Shown: in pieces, positions 23,931 through 35,163 of the stretch
Layout: each line of letters begins with the position of its first letter
How positions within the stretch are numbered: the first letter of the stretch is position 1
NCBI GenBank assembly: GCA_002633005.1
Contig: NMRA01000302.1
Coordinates: forward strand, 410,504 to 474,503
Direction of reading: 5' to 3'
DNA: 64,000 nucleotides
From: Phoronis australis
Taxonomy: Eukaryota; Animalia; Phoronida
Position numbers and translations under genes: made by a program
Notes under the pieces: generated by a model
What the model was told of the DNA's origin: nothing
Databases searched by the model: none
What the model saw: only the letters and a program-made list of their open reading frames with translations

Positions 23931-25665
23931 AAGTCTGTCGCCTCACGAAGTTTAGGTATCGCTGACCATACGTCATCAAGACTAGACGAACGGAATAGCT
24001 TGGAAAAGCCAGCATGGCAATTTTTTTCAAACGTTTTCAACAAACTCTTGCAAACAGTCTTTTTCCAGGACCCTAACCTAAAGACTAATCTCTCCAATCG
24101 CAATCAGATAAGAGCTCATTCAGCAGTTTTTTAAAACCAAGACTGCAGCTTTCAGTACGTGTCGGAAGGTTATCAGCACACATTCTTTATTTTATGGCGT
24201 GATGGTATCCAGCTTTGTCCATCTAGGCAAGTGGTGAATCGTCTCTTATTCACTGATCGTTTAGACAGAACGTCAACACAGAACACGCCATTAGTCTTCG
24301 TTGAGTGTTCCGATATCCCAATACAAATGACGTCCTTCTCCGTGACTTTCTAGGCGTTGATGTGTCCCGGACGACTTCGTGAATAGCAGCATAATACCAG
24401 AACAAAACACGGCATTATGGCTACTATTCCCGAAATAAAACCAAGACAAGTTTGACTCTTACTTGGCCCGGTCGCCGGTGAAATGGCATGCGTTAGTCGT
24501 GCGCTTCAATCGCCCAAATGGTCAGTGCCGCAAGAGCTAACAGTCTGTAAACGAGTGCATCTAAAATAAACAAAATCCCAATAGCATTGAAGATAGCATA
24601 ACAGCATCATATTTTTAGCAAAGCCGTAATCCTTTTGTTTGCAGTTCCTGACAAGCTTAATTCCATTCTTTCATCGACGCTAGCATTTTAGTAGAATTTC
24701 ATTAGATACGATTCGTTAGTTAAAATCACGCAATTTGCTCACTTGATTTATCCATGTGATCCTCGCTGACCTCAGTGACAAAATGACATAGTATCTTGCA
24801 ATCCATGTTGCAGTTTTGTACAAAAACAATTTCCGCAATTTCAACCTACGATTTACAATAAACTAAAAATACGAAATAAACGTGGCTTTAAGTGGAGGAT
24901 GGGCCACGCTATCTCAATTACATATTTAGACGACCTACATACGCAGGTCTGCTGGCATTATTTTTGTTCCATATAAGTCCTATTGGAAAATATACGAGTC
25001 TGATTTCCTTTTATTGGGTAGTCAAGTGTTGGGTTGCAAAAGTGAGCTATTGATTCTGAGCACCGGCCGTGTGCAGGTGATGGGTTTGCAAATATCATCA
25101 TATTCAATGTGCCATTAAGGTTTCTATACACTTGTTCTAATAACAATGCATGCGCACAATATAGGAGGCTGTGGCTGACAAGCCATGGACTCCAATCTAT
25201 GCAAACTGTTTGATGATGTTTTTGGGGTTTAGAAAAGAAAAAGCAACGTATCCAATTCTCAATTTTCTACGATTGTCTGTGTCAGAAATAATGGTACACG
25301 TTAAAGCAAATCATCTGATGCTAGAACTTTTTTAGAGAACTTACGAAAAGCGAGGGAATTTAGTCTTATATTCGTTTCACTGCCCAAGCTTGCCGAACAT
25401 GGACTGCAGCTCTCTGTTCCTACAGTCACAGGAGTCTACCTGGTACCATATGCTTTAATTTTCATTGTCTGAAAATAACAGGTGAAGACTCGGGAAAAGC
25501 ATTTGTGCGTAAGACTATCGACTTTCGTCACACAATAAGTTACGAAAACAGAATTCTATAGGTAATTGCCTACACAATTTTTAAAGGCAATAATCACACG
25601 TGGTTGAAGCATTAGAAAAAAATACTGGCGTCTCACCATCGGCACAAAAACGATACTCTAAAAAG

Positions 25666-25771
25666 CAGGAGCAGATTCAAGATTTTTAGTTAGGGGGGGG
25701 CAGGGCAGAGTATTAGCCAGGATTTTGACCTCAGACATTCGCCCCTTGGCCCCTCTCTAAATCCGCCACTG
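25666..25771 (-). mobile_element. CAGTGGCGGAT-type MITE, inverted sister of 23778-23930
   Basis: Shares gcagggcagagtattagccaggattttg (reverse complement of 23865-23892) and ends TAAATCCGCCACTG. Confidence 0.75.
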
Positions 25772-28032
25772 AGAGCCCGCGTTAGGGACTGCACTGCACA
25801 AAACGAAAGACAATAAGCTCTTTTTGTGTCTAATAGTTATCTTTTAATACAAAGGCCTTACCTGGATTCCACTGAGGATGTTAATTGGAACCAAGTGACG
25901 CCCTCACACAGCTAATAATTTGACAAACCTTCACATGGACTCCGCGCAACTGAATCCCGGCCGCAGTAATATATTGTTGGATATGAAACGTGCACTATGG
26001 ATCTTTCTGCGAGACCGCGATGTAGGTCATCTGTCTTTGTGCGCCTATAGGCTATACAGTGTTGACATTACTTAATCACTGATAAAACATTTGGAGAGGG
26101 ATTATGAAACTCTTCCTTCAACACTAACAAAGAGCGTGCTGTGAAAAGCACAGTGATATGCCTCGACTGTACTACCACCTGTGTGGCGTCCCCGGTGTTC
26201 GGGCGATGCTACCCGGTAAGGTTACATTGATGGTCGCAAAAGAAATAAGTAGGTTATGAGAGCAATGGAATTGCGCGTCAGTTAAAGAGAAATTTCACCG
26301 GGGAATCAAAATAAAGGAACCATAAATGAAATCCAGCAAGAAAAGTATAGATGGGACTGAGCCGATATTTTGAGGCGAGAACATCATACTATTCAATATA
26401 TTGACACTCTTATCAGAAAAATAACAAAAGTTGTTAACACAAGTTGCGCAAGCAGTATGTTGATTACAACTTCTTAGATGGCTTCTTGCTAGATCTGTAT
26501 TAAATTTCTTCATTTTGGTAAGTTACTCTTTTTTATTCAACTGGCTAATACGACAAACGTTCTAACAGCGTGAAGCCATCATCGGGTCAGTGACATGTAC
26601 TCTGTTGTCTGAGAATATAAATAAATCTACTATCCCTTATGTTTCCAGATAAATCATACCAATATGTTAGCTTTCAGTTCAGTAACGCAAAATGACAGAT
26701 GTTTTACAGTCGTCAGATGTCATTTAGAAGCTATAAACATAGAACGTGGGTAAATATAAAGCCGCTCGTGCTAGCGGCCTAAAACTGCCTACACCGACCA
26801 ATAGAGAGCGCTGCTTGGTCTGGCACACTTCACTTAATTTTCTGCCACGTTCAATAGGTGAAAAGGCAATTGTTTGCCAAATTAAGTATCTGTTTAAGAG
26901 CAGCGTAGTGTGAATTAATAGGTGCATACCTCTATCGCCGCGAATAAAAACACGATTGAATGCCGGCAACATCACTTATATGCGTTTGAGAACAGCCGGC
27001 GCAATGCGACTGCATGAATCACAAACATGAACACTGGGCGATCGCTAAACTATTGATAGCGATGCACAAAAAGAAAAATGAAATGGAGCAAAACCATGAT
27101 AATCATGTGTTCTGTGATTAAATTTTAAATCAATACCAATAAACATTTGAATGAAAAATCCAAAACTGAAAAAGATCGAATGCTTTGACATAATACTTCA
27201 CTTAACTTTCCGGTTGCGTTAAGTACATATAGTCGCAAAGGTAAATGTTAACTCAAGTAGTCATCAGCACAACCAGGCTTTACGTACCATTCAAGAATCC
27301 ATGCATTCATATCATGCAGTCTCCAAAACTCGTTGGCCCATCTATTCACCTCCAACGCCAGGATCATAAATGCTGTCACCCCGCCTTGCAATTCCGTTAA
27401 CTATAAGCCTTCTCTTGATATAATACGCTAACAGATGGTTTCGACGCTTTAGATAAGGCGGTTGACAAGCAACGGTTCTTATCGCAATGCCTAGCATTTT
27501 GACATTGAAGAAGGAAGACAAACACAATGCTTAACTCACAAAGGTACCAGGCACATACGTGATACGAAACAAATCCGGAGAATGTCACGAACGCGAAGCA
27601 GTGGACATTTTTTCGCTACCAAAACCCCTCGGTACTAATAAATGACTTTTATATGACGTCGTGATAAACATGTTGTGTGGTAAGAACTTTTATGCGAATC
27701 ACGAAGAAAGCATTAAGTCTAGTATGACCTGGACAAAATTTATGATCTACCTCATTTTATGCGTTTTAGAGTCACTTTAGCCGTACTTTTGAAAATCACG
27801 TGACTTTCTGTCCTTCCAAATGTCCTCTTATTTAATTGTCGTCATCATACATTCTGAGTTATGCAAACATATGAATATTCCAATACTGGTGGTAAAAATT
27901 GCAATTGATCAAATTATGTCAGATCAAATTCATGCATAATTGGGCATGTTTAAAGATTATTCATGTAAACAACGCTGTTAACAGAAAAGGGAGCCTTGAC
28001 AAACATACAAAAACTCTTTAAATATAACCGTG

Positions 28033-28176
28033 CAGGTGCGGATCCAGGATTTTTAAAAGGGGGGTCGGATCAAAGATTTTAAAAGGGGGTTCCAGGAAAT
28101 TTCTAGACTTGACATCGCTAAAATCAAGGGAAAGGGGGGTCCGTATCCCCTTGACCCACCCCCGGATCCGTCTATG
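28033..28176. mobile_element. CAG..GCGGATCC-type MITE
   Basis: CAGGTGCGGATCCAGG..CCCGGATCCGTCTATG flanked by CCGTG/CCATG. Confidence 0.7.
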
Positions 28177-31100
28177 CCATGGCCGCATTTATAGCGCAGA
28201 ATAAGTCAACCTGTTACATCTGGTGAAGTCAAACTTATTTTGTAGTCCATGGGCTTGTCTTCAACCCTTATACTGAAGAGGTCTCGTGAATAATAAAATA
28301 ACAATACAGGTGAAAGTCGAACGTGTCCTCTCGTGAGTTTTCAAACGAGAACACACGTGTGAAGCTAAGTTTGACGATAAAAGCCACACTACAAGGCCAA
28401 TAAATAGCGCGCCATTATCATCCCGCCAGGATTTGATGCAGGTTATATTTCCCGTGTTCTCTTTGACAGCTGTTATTAGATAAGCGTGTGACGTTCCCAA
28501 AAATACCACAAAGAACGCCACGTTGTCATAATTTTAGAACTAATTAACTGAAGATATTTGTCATCTATTGGTTTTCCAAGGCAAATTTTTACCGAACATG
28601 AAATGTTGACTATAAGCATTTCCTAAAATAGATTTCTTGACAAACACTGTTACACGATTCCTTTCTTTCCTAGTTTTAAAGACAAAATCGTAAGCATGAG
28701 CACTACGCTGACAGGTTTAAATTTCTGGAATTTAACGAGTGTCTACAAAGTTTTTCCATAAGCGAATGGATACATTAATAAAAAACGAATGAAAAAGTTG
28801 TACAGAATTATTAGTACAACGTGTCAGGATGATTTGTAATCAAACGCCTTTATCTAATCTGCAAACAGGTCCTCTTTCTTTGCCCAATCAAAAGGCTGAG
28901 ACCAGCAAGGTGTCCCATTCAACGCCCTGTGTGGCACCAAATTCACCTGTTCATCAATGAATCATCTTCGACTATCTTATCACAGGCACTCTAAATTGGG
29001 AATTTATACATGCTGGACTGACTGCCCGTGTCCTGATATCCGACTAGACTTCTGCAACAGATGCTCTCGTCCACTATAGTACTTATTCTGGATCAACTAA
29101 TAAATGTCGAACGTTCAAAAATCGAAATGTCTCTGCGTGCTCTAAATACACTTTGCAGTGGGTCATGGTAAAAGGCCCGCGACAACGATGACCCATGACC
29201 CGTAATCAGCGGAACATGCACGTGCCTTGCTTACTGTGATGTCACTGTTTTGACCTGAAGTCTCCGTTTGGATGAAAGATATCCAGTGTAATATAAAAAC
29301 ACAATTAAGGGACTACCGCTAAATGTTACTCCAAAATGTCAAAAGATTTGACACTGGAGTTAAACAACATTTAGTAAACCTGAAAAAGAACTGTAAAAAA
29401 ATTAAACAGGTGCCACAAATTTTGTTTTTGATAGTTTTCTTCAAATAGGCCATTCAAAAGAGTTTTGTTTGACACAGGTGAAAATCTTGAACTTCCTACA
29501 TTTGTCGTAGCCTACGTCAATGTTTTTAAGCAAGGTTCGTTAGTTCATTCTAAGAAAAACAAAACAATTTTCTGGGTGAGATGCACGAGAAGGTAACGAG
29601 GAAAAATACATTGTGTTGTACATTCCACCTCTTTTCAGAAGGGAATTCATCATTTTGCTGTCCTGGCGAAGTCGTTTACAATATTCTCCAACTTCACCAA
29701 GTTATCAAACAAAGCGCAGTATCGCCGGGAAGATTACACTTATTCAGCATCGTCATGTTGGTTTCCATGGTGACCCTAAGTCGAAATTTGACCTCATAGT
29801 AGAAAGACTGTGACATTTACTTGACATTAATATATCGACCAGTAATCAATTTTGGTAAACGGTTTTAAGCCGACATAATGTGCAGATGTTCTTGGCTTGC
29901 ATTCTGCACGGTGGTTATAAAACACTGAATAAGTTGCAAGTTCATAGAAACCCAATCCTAAATTTGATAGGTACACCAATATTGTGTGAAATGAACTGGA
30001 ATCTGAAAAAGAACTTTGTAGTAGTAAGTTTTATCAATCACACTAAGTCAAGAATAAATTTGACTGGCACAGCTTTAAATTGTCTCTCGTCTGCTTTCTT
30101 TATCACCAAAAGCGGAAAGATAACAAAAAGAGCGGGAAAACGGTAACACAACGACAACTGTTTTTGGGACCTGTTTCTCGGAAAATGACAGTCGGCTTCA
30201 GTCAGAAATTGGGTCTTGCGGTCCAAATAACAATTTTCTAAACACAATTTACTTTCAATCCTGTAAAGTGCAAAGTCTCTAAGAATTAAAGTACTCATAT
30301 TTGCTCGCCACGTAAACAGGTTGTATACCTTATTGCAAACTGTAATGTGGTATTAATTACGTTAGAACAATTTTTGTTCAGCAATAGCGAAGTCAAAGCG
30401 TGCGACAACGCTTTAAGTCACTTTCGTGTGAAAAGGGGCCCAAGACATTCGACTTTTTCTGCTGACTTTTAAGTTAGCAGAAGAAGGTAAAACGTTGTTT
30501 TCTATAGTAAAATATTAAAGAGGAGATTTTGGCTTAACCGCAGCTGTGATAGAAAAAAATCATACCTGTGCTTAAAAAGACGCTTGGCACGCCACGTCAG
30601 CATTATTACGAAAATGCCGGCACACCGGGATATTCGCGGTCTTAATATAAGAAACTGTTTCTGCGCAAAATTACTGTTCAAATAGACGGTGCCGCGATCC
30701 AGTGTCATGCAAGCTGGGCCAAGATAAGGTAATATCGCAGAGCATACATGGTTTTATAACTACACACACAAGAAATAACTGTTAAGTAGATAAATAGATA
30801 AAACACTAACACGAGATAAGGGAGCGCGTAAACACTGTGCAAAATAACAGTCAAGTTTATCGTGTTTTCCTGATTGCTTTAAGCTCTCGTCTTAGTGCTC
30901 GATCTTTTCAAACCTACAGTACGTGAACATTAATCACATGCCATGGGTTTAACTCTAATAATCAACCGAACTATTTCAGCAGGGCTATGACTGAAGCTCT
31001 CATACGAAGTCCTCACAGAGATATCAAACATGAAGGCTACACATACTTAGTCGTTCGGCACTCCTATTTAAGTTATACAGTACCCGGAGTTGACAAGACT

Positions 31101-34100
31101 GGGATGTGAAAAATTAGCTGATTTCATGCCCTGATGTTGTTGACTGTCGTTAAACAGGCGAGATAATTCATATCTACCTTGTAAATATGACCATCATCAG
31201 AATTACGTAATCCCATATCAAACTTGACTTATTTTTTCCTTGCAGTGATAGAAATCCGTTTCTGCCATCTAGCACAGGCACTGAGAGAGCATCTTCTAAG
31301 TTGTTGCGGTCCATGTTTGGAAGGGTCACAAAGGGTCAGCCAACGTTCTCTATTTTGTGACCCCTTGCTGGCGTCTAACAGGTGATCTATCGGGGGGAGA
31401 AACTCGTTGTCTTTCGTTGCATTGAAACGTTAGCGACATGCTTTGTAAATGCCATATATATATATAAAACGACAGTGAATTGTAGGAAATACCTTTTTGT
31501 ATTTGAATGAACAGCAGCACTGATCACTTACTGGGTGGGCACAGTGTCAAATGTCTCGCCTCATTTCTGAGGAACGCAGTGCAAATTTCTCTACACCACA
31601 AGAGCCTGATGATACGCTTATGTCTCGAGCCACTTAATGAGCCAAACCACGTCTGCGCAGTTCTGCACAAACGACTGTACGACTTCGAGCCAATATAACA
31701 GATAATACATTTGCGTTTTCATCAAAAAGCCAAACCAATTAGAAGCCAATGTCGTGTTTATTCTGTTACTGGTTCTTACGCCAAACCGTGAAACTTTAAT
31801 GAATATTTCAACAATGCATGTCTCACGAGCCAATCATTACCCTTCCATGGTCCGCGGATTTTTTTCGCCTACGCAAAATTTTACTCCAAAAAATAAAAAA
31901 CTCCTAGCTGCCAGTTTTGAAACACTATCAATGCTTTCCAGTGATCCAATTGTTCATAAAATGTTAATTCCACTTTACTATCTACTAGGATGAAATCTCT
32001 TAAAGGCTGAATAAACACTCATGCATGACAAGTCAATACTCCTATTCTGATATCACCGCCTGACCCATAAGCATCCACTGATTCTTAACCCGATTATTGG
32101 CTAAATTCCACAAAATTTTGTCATTTCGGTACCAATCGAAGAATTAGAATACGAACACTGAATCCCTAAGTATATAATTTTTGAAAGGAAAAACATACTC
32201 TCCGTCAAAAAACATCATTTGAATTCTGCGGTCACTTATCGTTACAAAATTGATCTCATTTTGTTCATTACAGAGATTAGAAGTGGTTTCTACGCTTGAG
32301 AAGAACTGAGAGGTCATGATTGCTTCAGACCAGTCCATGTATGTCACGGCGGGTTAGTTTTAGCCACTAAGACAGTATGACTGTTATAACCCTTTCTGTT
32401 CAAGCAAAGAATAAGAACAATTTGGTGTTACTTGGTCTGTGAAAAGAGTTGATATCTTTACACCAGGACCTGGACCAGAACATAGGTTATAGCCATTCGC
32501 GCACCCCGCCCAAAAATGGGGCTCGAATTTTTTAGAATGCACCTTTTAATAGGATTCACGGTGTACGTTCAGAGCTATGAATTGTGCATTCGCCGAATTT
32601 TGATAGTTCCTGCCTTTTTACTGGACCTTTGCCTCGTTTTCTACTTGTTTTCGGAGTTTTTGTTTCTCTGAGGCGGATCTTTTTGGCCACCTCGCCAAAT
32701 GGGGGGCTCGTGTTCCCATGCGGTCAAAGAAGTCGGTCTGGTTGCTGCTTGAAATTGACAACGGTTTGTTCACATCAAAAGTCAAAGGTCACATTTTTCA
32801 TATCAGGGAAATGTGTTACATCTACGTCTTGGGATACCAAATATGGAGATATGTTTTGTCTTGTGGGAGAAAAATCGAAAAAGTGAGAGAAGTTGACAGA
32901 TGTTTTTTGGAAATTTGAAACTAAAGGAAAACGCTTTGATATAAACAGAAATTCAAAATTTTTATGCACAAACCATAAGAATAACAGGTGAACAATTTGA
33001 CCTCCCTTTCAGTGGCAGAGTACTATTCTGAATAATGTAAGTCTGTTTATTACAGTCCAACAGAAGTAGATGTCATGACACGAACACCAATTTTGTAGCT
33101 ATATTTTTGTCTTTGTCTTTGTATATATTGTATCTCATTTTATTTTGAATCACTGATTTCGTCACTGAATTTAATTAGTTTTTTGTCTATAACACGACTT
33201 GTATGCAGTTGTGGATTTTATTTCCTTGAAGAATAGACGTGAAAAGTGACAGAAAGATGTAGCTGTCAGTAGTTGACACATTACACAAACATTACTGGTC
33301 AATAAATAAGTATAGTATACACAGGTCACCAGTAAAACATTCAGTGATAGTTACCTGTCCATATCAAAGATTCAACAATATTTGTTTAACCTTAGAGGTA
33401 AACTGTTGAGGTCACTAAATTACAAATGTGAATTTTTTAAGTTTTTGGAGATATTCCACAACCCTAATTAAGTTGAATGTGCTCTCCTTGGTGCAATTAT
33501 ACTCTTCTGACCAATAATAGGATATAACATGCCTACCCAAAACCTTTTGAGAACCAGCTTGATGTCTGCTATTCAGTGGAGAAAAATACAAAATGCAGGC
33601 ATGTTACATCCGAATATTACTCTTTTCTGAATAATCAGATGAACTGTTATACTCCCAAGGCTTGTAATATAGAATTTCAGAAACAGATGTAATGCAGCAC
33701 CACCTGGACTGTTCAAAAGAATAAAAAAACACTGATTCAATGTTATATGCAATTAAGTATTATAAAATACAAACAGCTCAGGTCACATAAATCTTGTCAA
33801 AACAAGCAACTTTGATTACCAGTAAATGCAACATCTGGGATGGAGTCCTACACGCATTTAAGTATCTGTTCATTTTTCTACATTTGCTCATTGGATGGTC
33901 TAATTGATGTTTTCTCAAAAAAGGGAAAAAAATCATTTGACTTAATGTGACAGTCAGTCAGTTGTGAAATGAGGATAAATAGTGAGGATACCATGGTTGC
34001 CTATCTACAACATTTCTCACATTTGGTGAATAAAAGATAAATCAAGTCTCCTCTCCAAACACTGAATAAAGGCATGTACAGCAGTACTTGTTTACCAAAT

Positions 34101-34146
34101 ATTTTGAAATTACATTGAGTGTGTCTGTCAGTGACACAACATACAT

Positions 34147-34857
34147 TCAAAGAATTTTTCCAAATGAACACTTCGTAAAGTCCAAATGTCTGCCAGCCAC
34201 AGAAGACACTTCCTTTGTAAGTAGGTCATGAAGAGCAATACCATCATGCGAGTAGATCCATCGCCCAGTGTTGAGTGAAAAATCGTAGCGCTTTGGTCCA
34301 CTGGTCGGTGACGACAACCAAATTTGTTTATTTGGTGTCTGTTTATTAATCACGTAAGTCCCATTTGAACCTCCAAGTCTTACTGTTAAAACACCGCTGG
34401 CATATTCGACATCAAAATCTGAGCTGAAACAACCAGAGTCACCAATGTCTTCAAAGAATTCTGTGAGAGATTCTAGCGTTTCATCAGTAGTTTGATGAAA
34501 CTCCAAATCAGTAAGCGGTGACTGAGATCCACAACCATCTTCGACTTCGTTACACGAACCAGTTCCAAGACATCGTATTAAAACATGTTCACCTAGTTTT
34601 AACCTTCTTGCAGAATAACACATGTGAAAGTTAGCGCAATGGTGCATTTTTCGGATTTGAATATTATGTAGAATGGAGCAAGAATTTGATGCAGCACAAA
34701 AGTGAGTGTCCGGTTTTAAATGTTCACGGCAGATTTGTGAGGCTACTGCAATCTGTCTTGAGTTTGGCAAAGGTAAACGTGTCTTCAAGCTGTTTGGGAG
34801 ATTCCTGTTGCCTGGTAGCAGAGTACTGGTCAAATATCGGAGCCTAACCGACGACAT
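34147..34857 (-). CDS. FXN: Frataxin, mitochondrial precursor (236 aa, single coding exon)
   Basis: Uninterrupted ORF from ATG 34857 (MSSVRLRYL.., an Arg/Ser/Leu-rich presequence) with the CyaY/frataxin signature DVEYASGVLTVRLGGSNGTYVINKQTPNKQIWLSSPTSGPKRYD..WIYSHDGIALHDLL. Confidence 0.96.
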   Translation of the reverse strand: MSSVRLRYLTSTLLPGNRNLPNSLKTRLPLPNSRQIAVASQICREHLKPDTHFCAASNSCSILHNIQIRKMHHCANFHMCYSARRLKLGEHVLIRCLGTGSCNEVEDGCGSQSPLTDLEFHQTTDETLESLTEFFEDIGDSGCFSSDFDVEYASGVLTVRLGGSNGTYVINKQTPNKQIWLSSPTSGPKRYDFSLNTGRWIYSHDGIALHDLLTKEVSSVAGRHLDFTKCSFGKIL

Positions 34858-35163
34858 TGTCAATGAACGTATTGAAAGTTCTATAAACAAGAAACACTTT
34901 TCCCTTTTGCGGTCAGCGGTCAGCTGCAGTCAACTTCCGTTCCAGAATAATAGTTAGCTTAGCTCAAAATATTTCAAATAATTTAGAATAATGCCATAAA
35001 TAAATATAAATGAGAAATAAAATATAATGTGGAATTGCAATGGAATTGAATCCGCTACAATTTTCTACTTTTTTGGGTTGAGCTAAAAAACTGAACCCCC
35101 AAAGGGAAATCGCGGAATAATTGATAGTTTTGTAATTTTTGCGCCACATCTGTAAACAGGACG
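34858..35163. promoter_or_regulatory. Putative bidirectional promoter between frataxin and the thioredoxin-fold gene
   Basis: Divergent ATGs are only 306 bp apart; contains an ETS-like CTTCCG (34933) and TTTTGCGCCA. Inferred from gene geometry. Confidence 0.6.

Noticed and set aside
24000-33000. Possible hidden gene in the 9-kb interval between the MITEs and frataxin
   Set aside because: I could not chain any phase-consistent exons or recognise a protein motif. Non-coding exons or lncRNA cannot be excluded without RNA data.
34858-34890. Upstream TTG start given for frataxin in the ORF track (247 aa)
   Set aside because: This is a eukaryotic gene; the first in-frame ATG is at 34857.
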